64,000 bases of DNA, taken from NCBI GenBank assembly GCA_964016885.1, contig OZ024746.1, positions 27,280,001-27,344,000 of the forward strand, given 5' to 3'. The notes beneath the pieces were generated by a model that was not told the DNA's origin, did not search any database, and saw only the letters and a program-made list of their open reading frames with translations. Positions 42,980 through 57,159 of the stretch are shown here, piece by piece. Origin of the DNA: Eledone cirrhosa (taxonomy: Eukaryota). The stretch's first letter is position 1, and every line of letters starts with the position of its first letter. Position numbers and translations under genes: made by a program.

Positions 42980-44533
42980 TGTATCAGTAATAGAAAGACT
43001 AACGGAAACATTGTTTCCTTGGTCCAATCTGACAATCGAAAGATAGTGCCAGTAATAGAAAGACTAATGGGGACATTGTTTCCTTGGTCCAATCTGACAA
43101 TCGAAAAATAGTGCCAGTAATAGAAAGACTAATGGGGACATTGTTTCCTTGGTCCAATCTGACAATCGAAAGATAGTGCCAGTAATAGAAAGACTAACGG
43201 AAACATTGTTCCCTTGGTCCAATCTGACAATCGAAAGATAGTGCCAGTAATAGAAAGACTAATGGGGACATTGTTTCCTTGGTCCAATCTGACAATCGAA
43301 AGATAGTGCCAGTAATAGAAAGACTAACGGAAACATTGTTTCCTTGGTCCAATCTGACAATCGAAAGATAGTGCCAGTAATAGAAAGACTAACGGAAACA
43401 TTGTTTCCTTGGTCCAATCTGACAATCGAAAGATAGTGCCAGTAATAGAAAGACTAACGGAAACATTGTTTCCTTGGTCCAATCTGACAATCGAAAGATA
43501 GTGCCAGTAATAGAAAGACTAACGGAAACATTGTTTCCTTGGTCCAATCTGACAATCGAAAGATAGTGCCAGTAATAGAAAGACTAACGGAAAAGTTGTT
43601 TCCTTGGTCCAAACAGATAATCGAAAGATAGTATCAGTAATAGAAAGACTAACGGAAAAGTTGTTTCCTTGGTCCAATCTGACAATCGAAAGATAGTGCC
43701 AGTAATAGAAAGACTAACGGAAAAGTTGTTTCCTTGGTCCAATCTGACAATCGAAAGATAGTGCCAGTAATAGAAAGACTAACGGAAAAGTTGTTTCCTT
43801 GGTCCAATCTGACAATCGAAAGATAGTGCCAGTAATAGAAAGACTAACGGAAAAGTTGTTTCCTTGGTCCAATCTGACAATCGAAAGATAGTGCCAGTAA
43901 TAGAAAGACTAACGGAAAAGTTGTTTCCTTGGTCCAATCTGACAATCGAAAGATAGTGCCAGTAATAGAAAGACTAACGGAAAAGTTGTTTCCTTGGTCC
44001 AATCTGACAATCGAAAGATAGTGCCAGTAATAGAAAGACTAACGGAAACATTGTTTCCTTGGTCCAATCTGACAATCGAAAGATAGTGCCAGTAATAGAA
44101 AGACTAACGGAAACATTGTTTCCTTGGTCCAATCTGACAATCGAAAGATAGTGCCAGTAATAGAAAGACTAACGGAAACATTGTTTCCTTGGTCCAAACA
44201 GATAATCGAAAGATAGTATCAGTAATAGAAAGACTAACGGAAACATTGTTTCCTTGGTCCAATCTGACAATCGAAAGATAGTGCCAGTAATAGAAAGACT
44301 AACGGAAAAGTTGTTTCCTTGGTCCAATCTGACAATCGAAAGATAGTGCCAGTAATAGAAAGACTAACGGAAAAGTTGTTTCCTTGGTCCAATCTGACAA
44401 TCGAAAGATAGTGCCAGTAATAGAAAGACTAACGGAAAAGTTGTTTCCTTGGTCCAATCTGACAATCGAAAGATAGTGCCAGTAATAGAAAGACTAACGG
44501 AAAAGTTGTTTCCTTGGTCCAATCTGATAATCG
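42980..44533. repeat. 65-bp minisatellite, ~24 copies
   Basis: Unit agtaatagaaagactaacggaaacattgtttccttggtccaatctgacaatcgaaagatagtgcc. Confidence 0.97.
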
Positions 44534-45484
44534 CCAGATTTTCTTTTTCCTTCTACTAAGAGCTACAACCAACAGAATGTCTCACGAATTCAAAGAGAAA
44601 CGGAAACAAATAATCCTTGGTCAAATCTGACGAACAGTTTCTTTCCTCTCTTTTCTCTTTCTATTTAGAAAAGCGAAAAAGTTTTCCAATTCCTTCTGGT
44701 GTAATTTGATCTCTGAAAAAGATATAAAGTATCGTTACTATGAGCTTGAGGATGCAGTAGGGAAATTTTCATATAGGGGCGAAACAGCTGAAAGATAATT
44801 ACAAACTGCAATCGATAAATCGAATGGAATTCAGTTGGGAAATCCATATCGAGAATGGTTATTAAATAGTCTTATTGGAAATATTATTATTGAAAAGCTA
44901 GTTATTGATCATACAGAATATTATGTTCATAAAATAATTACTAACACCACCCACCCTCCTTCAAGGTCCAACGGCTGTGGAAGAAATGTGTTCCAACATA
45001 ATGTGAATTGATCTCTAACACTATCAAATGTATCACCATATTGGTTGCACATATTTTAGAATAGGTCATACGACTACTAACACTATTATTAATTACATAA
45101 ACAATTATAACAATAGGACAGCGGGTAGACATCCCCACACCTTACACTCATACACACACATGTACACACTCACACACACACACATATGTACACACTCATA
45201 CACACTCATACACGCTCATACAGACGCATAAATATCGACAGGGAGCTGGTTGCTCGTGAAATTAACATCTTCTTTACCATCTTTTCTTAATATATATATG
45301 TGGCCATCTCGTTACACAATGTGTCACACCGAATCACCCTGAGAACTAAGGTAAGGGTGCACATGTCTGTGCACATTAATTTCATTAGCAGGCAGTTATG
45401 TTAACTGAATCAACTGGAACACCCGTTGTCGGAAATGATGGAGGTCCAATAACAATATTTTACTCCTAGTAATTAATCTAAGTG

Positions 45485-45660
45485 AAGACGCATGGCTTAG
45501 TGGTTAGAGCAATGGACTTGCAATCTGGAGATTGTGAGTTCAATTCTCAGACACCGGGTGATGTCCTTGAGTAAGACTCTTTATTTCCCGTTGCTCCAGT
45601 TTACCCAGCTGTAGAAATGATTTGCATCATCACTGGAGCCAAGGTGTATTGGCCAAGAAT
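45485..45660 (+). mobile_element. tRNA-derived SINE (CORE-like)
   Basis: tggcttagtggttagag A-box, gagttcaattc B-box, tgtccttgagtaagac. Confidence 0.7.
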
Positions 45661-45693
45661 CATGCCAAAAAAAAAAAAGAACATACAACATAC

Positions 45694-45750
<57 letters not shown>

Positions 45751-47039
45751 GAAATATAATATAATTGGTGGCTCAATGAAGTTCCTGTCAATGTGTAATC
45801 GTTTGGATATTTGGATAGTTCATTGAAATGTCCAAGTACCAGACATAAGAATTCAGAATATAAATCAGATGTGAAGATACTAATTTCTATTCACTTGCAC
45901 TCATTTTCTTTCACATAAGATTATTTTTTTCCCAATTGTGTTTTTGTTTTATTCGTAGCAACAAGTTTTTCAACTAAGTAGAGAACAATTATGCCCCTAA
46001 TTGTTTTGTTAGTACCGTTTCATGCATCGTTTATTACCAGGGATTTCCGGTGTTTATGAAATCCAGCAAGAGATTTTAATGGTGTCCTGTAATTATTATG
46101 TTTAATAACTTAGCTAAGATGTCATGCATAGAGTTTCCCCAGAAGCTCTCCTGTGATTTCCAATTTCCTTTCATCGGTAGCCATAGTTATATTAGTCAGT
46201 TATAGCAGCTGTGCGTGAATGTGAACCCGTGCGTGTGTGTGGTTCGTCTCTCATCTCTGTTGTACTTCTTGTTCACATATATTTCCGCTCCATATATTTC
46301 ACTTTCATCCATTGATAAGTTGTATTTATATATATATATTTAAACAAGAAAGAAACTGACAGACATATGGGAGGCAAAACAATTTCAAATATACAGAAAT
46401 AAATACATAAAAAGAAAAAATGAAGACCAGCAGTATTGGCGGGATTAAGTTCATTTGGATATTTTTCGGTCAGTTTGAATGGATCCCAGTTGGGTTCGAC
46501 GATGACTGTTCTAGTTCGATCAAAGGAACAGCCTGCCCCCGAAATTGACGTGTAAATGGCTAGACATTCCACAAGCATGTGTACCCTTCAGAGAGATTCA
46601 ATGCGATTTTGTGTAACAAGACTGGGTTTTGAATTACAGATAAAGGTTATCCAACGAACTTTCAACAGCTTTCGTCTGCCCAATTTAACTCACAAGAAGT
46701 TAGTCAATTGTAAATGACACATGCCCAAGATACCACGGAATAGGATTGAACTTGAGACCTAATGATTGTAAAGCGTCATCATAACAATTCGGCTGATACA
46801 ACCAGTATTGAATGTTAAATTTAACCTGAGTCTCCAAAGTCTTTCAATAGCTTCACTGTGTTACGACGATGCACAACAGGTTTTCGAAGTCAGGTGATAA
46901 ATTGGCAGAATTGTTAGAGTATTTGATGAAAGGCTTTTTGGTATTTATTCAGTTTTTTTTCATGCTCAAATGCTGTCGAGTTTAACCTTTCACCCTTCGA
47001 AGGTCGTGAAAAAAAAAAGGCATTTAGATGTTCAACGAT

Positions 47040-48410
47040 CTGGATATTTCAGTTAGGGAACAGTCAACTGCAAGTTGACAAAGGTCCGCCACTGCATCCC
47101 TTCTCGTGTCTTACATAGACACGATTTTTCTTAAAATCCTTGCTTTATCTTGTGTATGACCTGTAACCTTGCATCACTTCCGATTCTAATCACACAATCC
47201 ACAAAACTGTCTGATACACATCCCAATACTCCGTTCATCAAAGGAATCAAAAAACCTCCTTCATCCCCAACAACCTCTAGTGACTCATACTTCTCCGTTT
47301 TTTTCATGCTCTTTATTACCTTACTATCTCCTGAGGCAGATATACTGATAATTTGCTCCTATTTTTCTTCTTGTTCACAACCAAAATGTGTGGCTTTTTG
47401 CCTCAAACATTCTATTGCATTGAAATGTGAAGTTGCGTAAAAGTTTACATTTTCTCTAACACCCCTTCTGGTCTCTGCTCATACCATTTAGTTGCTCTAA
47501 CAAACCCACATTTCTCAAATATCATCCAGTAGATATATCTGGCAATATTATCATGTTGTCTTTTGTCCTCTCACTGTGCCAACTTAACACATTCGCTTAC
47601 AATATGGCTGACTATTTCTCCTTTTGTTCGACACATTGTACATAATGAAGATTTTATCAATTTGTCAACATGTTTAATGTAATTAGTTCGAAGAGCCTAC
47701 TCCTGGGTGCTGCACACCAGAGCTTTGGTGCATCCTTTCAGATCACCAGTTTTAATCCACCACTAGCTCTACCTAATCAATGCCTACTTTATCTCTAGTG
47801 TACTGTCCATGCATAAGTTTATTCTTCCATTCCTTTCAAGTTGTTTCTTCCCTTTCTTCTTTCTTTGTCTTTTCACTCTCTTCTTGCATTCATTAGGTGC
47901 TACTGTATCAGCAGATTTCAGTGTGTTGAGGTCTCTTACCTTTGACATGATATAACCCCATTTCATTTTTAAGGTACCAAGCTTGGTTGTTTTCTTCGCA
48001 TTTGATACAATTTCCACCTTATTAGTCCTCTACCTTCTTTCGTTCTACCAACATAAAGACTTGCAGCATCACTCTTTGGGCGAAGTTCTTTAGGCCCTGA
48101 CATCAATTTCTTAGTTTTCCTATCAATACTTTCCCATTCATCTTCCCTCCATTTAATAATTCCTGTCCCATAGTGCATGAGAGACACAACCCATGTATTT
48201 ATTGCCTTCATTTTATTCCTTTCATTCAATTTAGACGACATTACAAGTTCCACTCACCTGAGGTGTTTTTTTTTTATCATCTTTCTCTTTGTTCTTATTT
48301 CACTCAAATACTTCCAAAATACTTATATCTTTCATCCATCACTTCTTTACTAGTTTGGCCATTTAAAGTTTTTCACCTGTTTGTAAATTCCCACTGTCCC
48401 TGTCTTGTGT
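47040..48410 (-). pseudogene. Decayed R4/Dong-like non-LTR retrotransposon ORF (RT C-terminus to zinc knuckle region)
   Basis: SSKLNERNKMKAINTWVV..IDRKTKKLM..LRPKSD..LYVGRTKEGRGL; downstream ALRTNYIK..CTMC..IVSHIVSEC; many stops and frameshifts. Confidence 0.75.
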
Positions 48411-48526
48411 AATATTCTACATATTCTACTCTCGTGGTCAACAAATGAATAATTATTAACACCGTCTTTGTATTGCCCTCAACATTGTGTGCTCTTGTGG
48501 CCAATACAAGAAATCATTACAACAAT

Positions 48527-48588
<62 letters not shown>

Positions 48589-48597
48589 TTGCTGCTG

Positions 48598-48666
<69 letters not shown>

Positions 48667-49007
48667 GGTAATCTTTTTGTTATCATTTATTCTTAATAGT
48701 ATCATTGCTTTATTATTATTATTAATGTTAATGGTATTTTTATCAATTATCATTAATATTATTTAAAAATAAATTTTATTGTTTATAATAATATTACGGT
48801 TGTTATTACAATTTTTGTGTATCATTTGCCGCAAACATTCGTTTGAAAAATTTGCTATAAAGTATAAGCAGTAATTATGTGTAAATGACGCGAGTATCTG
48901 CAGGTTATTTGGTACAACAGAATTATACGATTGCCGTTTGATGAAGGAAAGGGATAATTACATCAGAACAAAAAAAAAAAAGAAAAAAAAAGGGCAACGA
49001 TAGAAAG

Positions 49008-49071
<64 letters not shown>

Positions 49072-49091
49072 GACTTGCCATTACTCTCTCT

Positions 49092-49241
<150 letters not shown>

Positions 49242-49244
49242 TAT

Positions 49245-49293
<49 letters not shown>

Positions 49294-49959
49294 TAGATAG
49301 ATAGATAAGAAAGGTGGATAAAAAGGATAAAATTTAGACAGATAGGGATAGATAGGTGTATATATAGTTAGACAAATAGATAGATAAATAGATTACTAGA
49401 TTGATCGATGGATAGATAGATAGATTGAAAAAGAGAGAGGGAGGGGGACATAATATGATACAGTTTGAGAGATAGATAGATTGATAGCTGGGATCGATCG
49501 ATAGCTTGATGGTGGACAGGGAGAGGCGTTGTGTGAGAAAAAATACCCAATTTATGTTATCAAATGATTGATAAATTATCTTTTTATCTATTTTTTTACT
49601 TCCGCTTTTAAGAGCGATTTATTTGACAGCTTCCGCTGAAATGTTATTCAGATGTATATATGTTAGTATTTGTTATTGTTGTTATTGCTATTGTTTCTGT
49701 GTAGTTTACTGTACTGGGATTGATATGTTGCTTCTATGTGATGCACACCGACATATACCACACACCCATCCACACCACAACCACCACTACCACTACTACT
49801 ACTACTACTACCACCACCACATTTACCATCTCCAATATTAACATTACCAACCACAACAGTTATGCCAACGCTATCACTACACACAACAAAACACATTCCG
49901 AGCGCCACCAGCACAAATAATAATTCAAATACTACATTTTAACCACTGTCCCTACCATA

Positions 49960-51360
49960 CCACCAACACCACTACCACCACCACCACCACCACCCCCAAC
50001 AACACAGCCACCAACACCACTACCATCATCACCAACATCAACACCACCACCATCATCACAGCCACCAACACCATTACCATCGTCAACATCACCATCATCA
50101 CAGCCACCAACACCATTACAATCATCACCATCATCACAGCGACCAACCCCACTACCACCAACACCACTACCATCATCACAAACACCAACGCCACCACCAC
50201 CATCACAGCCACCAACACCACTACCATCATCACCAACACCAACACCAGTACCTTCATCACTAACACCACCATCACAGCCACCAACACCACTACCTCCATC
50301 ACCACCACCACCATCACAACCACTAACACCACTACCATCTTCACCACCACCACCATCACAGCCTCCAACACCACCACCACCATCAAAACCACCAACACCA
50401 CTACCATCATCATCACCACCACCATCACAGTCTCCAACACCACCACCACCATCAAAACCACCAACACCACTACCATCATCATCACCACCACCATCACAGT
50501 CTCCAACACCACCACCACTATCACAACCACCAACACCACTACCATCATCACCACCACCACCACCACCATCACAGCCACCAACACCTTTACCATCATCACC
50601 ACCACCACTATCACAGCCACCATCACCACCACCACCATCACAGCCACCAACACCTCTACCATCATCACCACCACCACTATCACAGCCACCATCACCACCA
50701 CCACCATCACAACCACCACCATCACAGCCACCAACACCACTACCTTCATCACCACCACCACCATCACAGCCACCAACACCACTACCATCATCACCAACAC
50801 CACTACCATCAACACCACCACCACCATCACAGCCTCCAATACCACCACCACCACCACCACCACCACCACCATCACAGCCACCAACACCACTATCATCACC
50901 ACCACCACCATCACAGCCACCAACACCACTACCATCATCACCACCACCACTACCATCAACACCACCAACACCACTACCATCATCACCACCACCACTACCA
51001 TCAACACCACCACCACCATCACCACCACCACCAACACCACCACCAACACCTCTACCATCATCACCACCACCGCCATCACAGCCACCAACACCACTACCAT
51101 CATCACCACCACCACCATCACAGCCACCAACACCACCACCACCATCACAGCCACCAACACCACTACCATCATCCCCACCACCATCACAGCCACCAACACC
51201 ACCACCACCATCACAGCCTCCAACCACACCACCACCAACACCACTACCAACACCACCACCATCACAGCCACCAACACCACTACCACCAACACCACCACCA
51301 CCATCACAGCCACCAACACCACCACCACCATCACAGCCACCAACACCACTATCAGCAACA
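49960..51360. repeat. (CCA)n-derived minisatellite (ccatcacagccaccaacaccacta variants)
   Basis: direct reading. Confidence 0.92.
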
Positions 51361-51459
51361 CTAAAAATACCATTTACTACTACTACTACTACTACTACTG
51401 CTCTGCTATTGCTGCTGCTGCCACTGCTTCTACTACTACATCAAAAGCAACATTAATAT

Positions 51460-51996
51460 TCGGCACAAGGCCAGCAATTATACCAGTACATTACTGGTAC
51501 TTTATTTTATCGACCCCGTTAGAAAGAAAGGCAAAATTAACCTCGGTGGGATTTGATCTCAATCCGTAAAGGGACGTAACTATGCTAGAAAGCATAGCGT
51601 CCAAGCCTCTACTGATACTGCCACTCCACTAGTGGAAGAGCAACACTAATAATTCTTTCTACTTTTGGCACAAGGCCAACAATTATCTCAGTGTATTACT
51701 GGTACTTTATTTTATCGAGCCCGTTAGGAAGAAAGGCAAAGTTGACCTTGGCGGGATTTGAACTCAGACAATAAAGGGCCGTAACTCTTTGCTGCATAGC
51801 ATGGCGTCCGACCCTCTACGGATTTTAATAATAATTGTTTCTAGTTTAGGCACAAGGCCAGCAATAAACCAGTACATTACTGGTACTCTATTTTATCGAC
51901 CCCGTAAGGATGAAAGGCAAAGTTAACTTCGACGGGATTTGAACTCAGACCGTAAAGGGACGTAACTATGCTGGAAAGCATGGCGTCCGACGCTCA
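51460..51996 (-). mobile_element. Tandem cluster of 3 tRNA-derived SINEs
   Basis: Units at ~51460-51630, 51655-51820 and 51834-51996. Confidence 0.9.
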
Positions 51997-52049
51997 ATCC
52001 TTTTTATATTTTAATAATTTGTATTATTATAATGTTGATAATGATGACG

Positions 52050-54245
52050 GTAATAGTAGTAGTATTGGTGATAGTAGTGGTGGTAGTAGCGGTAGTAGTA
52101 GTAGCTGTAATAGTTGTGGTGGTGGTGGTAGCGGTGGTAGTAGTAGTAGTATTGGTGATAGTAGTGGTGGTAGTAGCGGTAGTAGTAGTAGCTGTAATAG
52201 TTGTGGTGGTGGTGGTAGCGGTGGTAGTAGTATTGGTGATAGTAGTGGTGGTAGTAGCGGTAGTAGTAGTAGCTGTAATAGTTGTGGTGGTGGTAGTAGC
52301 GGTAGTAGTAGTAGCTGTAATAGTTGTGGTGGTGGTGGTAGCGGTAGTAGTAGTAGTAGTTGTAATAGTTGTGGTGGTGGTGGTAGCGGTGGTAGTAGTA
52401 GTAGTTGTAATAGTTGTGGTGGTGGTGGTAGCGGTAGTAGTAGTAGTTGTTGTAATAGTTGTGGTGGTGGTAGTAGCGGTAGTAGTAGTAGTTGTAATAG
52501 TTGTGGTGGTGGTGGTAGCGGTGGTAGTAGTAGTAGTTGTAATAGTTGTGGTGGTGGTGGTAGCGGTAGTAGTAGTAGCTGTAATAGTTGTGGTGGTGGT
52601 GGTAGCGGTGGTAGTAGTAGTAGTTGTAATAGTTGTGGTGGTGGTGGTAGCGGTAGTAGTAGTAGCTGTAATAGTTGTGGTGGTGGTGGTAGCGGTGGTA
52701 GTAGTAGTAGTTGTAATAGTTGTGGTGGTGGTAGTAGCGGTGGTAGTAGTAGTTGTAATAGTTGTGGTGGTGGTAGTAGCGGTGGTAGTAGTAGTTGTAA
52801 TAGTTGTGGTGGTGGTGGTAGCGGTGGTAGTAGTAGTTGTAATAGTTGTGGTGGCGGTGGTAGTGTTGGTAGTAGTAGTTGTAATAGTTGTGGTGGTGGT
52901 GGTAGTGGTGGTAGTAGTAGTTGTAATAGTTGTGGTGGTGGTGGTGGTAGCGGTGGTAGTAGTAGTTGTAATAGTTGTTGTGGTGGTGGTAGCGGTGGTA
53001 GTAGTAGTTGTAATAGTTGTGGTGGTGGTGGTAGCGGTGGTAGTAGTAGTTGTAATAGTTGTGGTGGTGGTGGTGGTAGTGGTGGTAGTAGTAGTTGTAA
53101 TAGTTGTGGTGGTGGTGGTAGCGGTGGTAGTAGTAGTTGTAATAGTTGTGGTGGTGGTGGTAGCGGTGGTAGTAGTAGTTGTAATAGTTGTGGTGGTGGT
53201 GGTGGTAGCGGTGGTAGTAGTAGTTGTAATAGTTGTGGTGGTGGTGGTAGCGGTGGTAGTAGTAGTTGTAATAGTTGTGGTGGTGGTGGTAGCGGTGGTA
53301 GTAGTAGTTGTAATAGTTGTGGTGGTGGTGGTAGCGGTGATAGTAGTAGTTGTAATAGTTGTGGTGGTGGTGGTAGTGGTGGTAGTAGTAGTTGTAATAG
53401 TTGTTGTGGTGGTGGTAGCGGTGGTAGTAGTAGTTGTAATAGTTGTTGTGGTGGTGGTGGTAGCGGTGGTAGTAGTAGTTGTAATAGTTGTTGTGGTGGT
53501 GGTGGTAGCGGTGGTAGTAGTAGTTGTAATAGTTGTGGTGGTGGTGGTGGTAGCGGTGGTAGTAGTAGTTGTAATAGTTGTGGTGGTGGTGGTGGTAGCG
53601 GTGGTAGTTGTAGTTGTAATAATTGTTGTTGTGGTGGTGGTAGCGGTGGCAGCGGTGGTAGTAGTAGTTGTAATAGTTGTGGTGGTGGTGGTGCTAGTGG
53701 TGGTAGTAGTAGTTGTAATAGTTGTGATGGTGGTGGTGGTAGCGGTGGTAGTAGTAGTTGTAATAGTTTTGGTGGCGGTGGTAGCGGTGGTAGTAGTAGT
53801 TGTAATAGTTTTGGTGGCGGTGGTAGCGGTGGTAGTAGTAGTTGTAATAGTTGTGGTGGTGGTAGTGGTAGCGGTGGTAGTAGTAGTTGTAATAGTAATG
53901 GTGGTGGTGGTAGTGGTGGTAGTAGTAGTTGTAATAGTTGTGGTGGTGGTGGTGGTAGCGGTGGTAGTAGTAGTTGTAATAGTTGTGGTGGCGGTGGTAG
54001 CGGTGGTAGTAGTAGTTGTAATAGTTGTAGTAGTAGTGGTAGTAGTGGTGGTGGTAGTAATTGTAGTAGTAATAGTTGTGTTTGTCGTAGAAGTAGTAAG
54101 CGTGGTAGTGGTGGTGGTGGTGGTGGTGGTGGCAGTGGAGGTAGTAGTATTAGTATTCGTAGTAGTAGGGGTGATATTAGCAGTAATAGTAGGGGTGGTA
54201 GTAGTAGGAGTAGTAATTATAGTAGTAGTATTAGTGGTAGTAGTA
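52050..54245. repeat. (GGT/AGT)n-derived minisatellite, ~42-48 bp unit
   Basis: tgtaatagttgtggtggtggtggtagcggtggtagtagtagt repeated ~40 times. Confidence 0.95.
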
Positions 54246-54466
54246 ATGCTACTGTTTGGCAGAGTAATCGATAATTGCGCTCTTCAAACGTGCAATATTC
54301 GATTAATATTTACTGATTGTTTAGAGAAATAATTAGCAAAGTCAAAACAGACAACAAAAATAAAAATAAAAACAGACAAACAAACAAACAATGTATAATG
54401 AAACGTGATTAGTAAAATATATACAATAACGGATATGTCAAGTTAGAAAACTGAATTGAATATATG

Positions 54467-54525
<59 letters not shown>

Positions 54526-54582
54526 GAACAAGTATGACCCCGACGGCAGAGCTCAAGCCGTTTCGACGGCTAATTCTGGACA
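54526..54582 (-). mobile_element. Family B fragment
   Basis: gaacaagtatgaccccgacggcagagctcaagccgtttcgacggctaattctggac in (TA)n. Confidence 0.8.
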
Positions 54583-54604
54583 CTGTATATATATATATAT
54601 ATAC

Positions 54605-54637
<33 letters not shown>

Positions 54638-54641
<4 letters not shown>

Positions 54642-54831
54642 GTTATTCCGGGTTGAATCGGAGGTAACCACAGTAAGTAAGGTACTCAATACATTGCAGA
54701 GTATAACAGTTTTAATATAGATGAGATTCTACAGGACTAGAACTGTTTCATTCTTTAGAAATCATCAGGAATCTGATGATTTCTAAAGAATGAAACAGTT
54801 CTAGTCCTGTAGAATCTCATCTATATTAAAA

Positions 54832-54833
<2 letters not shown>
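54638..54833. mobile_element. Fold-back element, family E, with hammerhead-like core
   Basis: Perfect 61-bp arms 54708-54768 / 54773-54833, 4-nt loop, 70-bp tail; CTGATGA-tttctaaagaat-GAAAC in each arm. Confidence 0.75.
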
Positions 54834-54872
<39 letters not shown>

Positions 54873-54896
54873 GTATATTTATATATATATATATAC

Positions 54897-55412
<516 letters not shown>

Positions 55413-55537
55413 ATGTAAATATAATGTATTTTGCAATACACTTTATGCTTAATTAAAAGCATTTTGAAGACCGTAAGCTATTGTTTTAAAGTAGTGACAA
55501 ATTCACTCACTTCGATCTCAGCAAACAGGAGGAGATA

Positions 55538-55581
55538 AGCCGACATGGCATGTTTCGCTTTTGTTGAAGCTTATCAAGGCC
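55538..55581 (-). ncRNA. Type I hammerhead motif, U3:A8 core (family F)
   Basis: Minus strand: ggcc-TTGATAA-gctt-caacaa-aagc-GAAAC-atgccat-GTC-ggct. Confidence 0.8.
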
Positions 55582-56001
55582 AACTACCCCGCCCGTCTGC
55601 TGAGATCAATGATGTTATATTCTTATAGAAATCTAGTAAATAATCAGGAGCTGATTATGCAGAGCGGTTGTTGGTCAGGCAGAAATTAAAAATTAGAATT
55701 GTAGCTTTGAAATAGCAATATATATATGGATGTAAATATAATGTATTTTGCAATACACTTTATGCTTAATTAAAAGCATTTTGAAGACCGTAAGCTATTG
55801 TTTTAAAGTAGTGACAAATTCATTTAAAGTAGTGACAAATTATATTTACATCCATATATATATATTGCTATTTCAGAGCTACACTTCTAATTTTTAATTT
55901 CTGCCTGACCAACAACCGCTCTGCATAATCAGCTCCTGATTATTTACTAGATTTCTATAAGAATATAACATCATTGATCTCAGCAGACGGGCGGGGTAGT
56001 T

Positions 56002-56045
56002 GGCCTTGATAAGCTTCAACAAAAGCGAAACATGTCATGTCGGCT
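56002..56045 (+). ncRNA. Type I hammerhead motif, U3:A8 core (family F)
   Basis: ggcc-TTGATAA(56006)-gctt-caacaa-aagc-GAAAC(56027)-atgtcat-GTC-ggct. Confidence 0.8.
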
Positions 56046-56201
56046 TATCTCCTCCTGTTTGCTGAGATCGAAGTGAGTGAATTTGTCACTACTTTAAAAC
56101 AATAGCCTACGGTCTTCAAAATGCTTTTAATTAAGCATAAAGTGTATTGCAAAATACATTATATTTACATCCATATATATATTGCTATTTCAGAGCTACA
56201 A

Positions 56202-56274
<73 letters not shown>

Positions 56275-56277
<3 letters not shown>

Positions 56278-56385
56278 GAGGTTATAATTAATTTGTTGGG
56301 ATTCAACAAGCTTAAACATTTTTATAACTGATATAAAGCACTCAACAATTTCCGGGTATGTCAATATTTATTTATAAAACAAATC
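56275..56385. mobile_element. Internally deleted family A remnant
   Basis: Tail matches 41708-41790, joined to ggtatgtcaa..tttatttataaaac as at 41870-41895. Confidence 0.6.
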
Positions 56386-57103
56386 ATACATATATATACA
56401 TACATATATGTATACAGACGTACAGTAGTATGTATATATATACATACATGCACACATATATATATGTACGTATGGGTTTACCGAACATTTATTATAATGT
56501 TCGGTTTGTTTGAAAAACAAACAGCCCGAATTAAGCCGTACAGTGTTCGGAAACCATCGTTGCTTTTTTGTTCAACACTGACAAAGGAACGATGAACTAG
56601 TTTCCAGCTTATTAGCTATCGTAAGCACCGTATACCTGCCTGTCAGATGATTGAACGTTTGAAAGTATATACTTTCCTTATGCATATTAACGTACATATA
56701 CGTGCATGTACATATACGTGCATATACTATATACTACATACTACTGTACATCTGTGTGCATGTACTACATACTACTGTACATCTGTATACATATATGTAT
56801 GTACGTATACATACTTATATTTAAGTATCAGCCGTACTAAGAGTGAGAAATGAAATTTCATTTCATTCTATTTCCATTTATATATATATGAATATGTCAT
56901 TTACTTTGTCTGACCTGTTTAGCTTGACTTGTTTTTTGGGTTAGGTGGTTTATGGCTTCTTGACCGCCTTCTCAGTTTGTATGGTCTTTATAACCTATGT
57001 TTATTGCTCTGGTCTGTTTTAGCCCATGGGGCGCTTGCCAGCATGACTCAGAATTTGCGTTACATTTCGCTTCTTCTACCCGCCGAAATGCGATTCTCGC
57101 TGA

Positions 57104-57158
<55 letters not shown>

Positions 57159-57159
<1 letters not shown>

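Larger units (their letters stand above)
55411..56208. mobile_element. Fold-back hammerhead element, family F (317-bp monomer, tandem + inverted)
   Basis: Monomer 55411-55727, partial repeat 55728-55822, inverted copy 55841-56208. Confidence 0.85.

Noticed and set aside
42980-44533. CRISPR-like array or hammerhead satellite
   Set aside because: No unique spacers and no cas genes; ctgacaa..gaaa has a C3/A8 mismatch and no consistent stems
49932-51373. Gly/Asp-rich and Val-rich ORFs
   Set aside because: Artefact of a (CCA)n-derived minisatellite
51968-54332. 768-aa Gly/Ser/Cys-rich ORF resembling a structural protein, and the overlapping poly-Val ORF
   Set aside because: The start codon lies inside a SINE. 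The sequence is a GGT/AGT trinucleotide minisatellite open in several frames, with almost no synonymous variation and no signal peptide. RNA or proteomic evidence would be needed.
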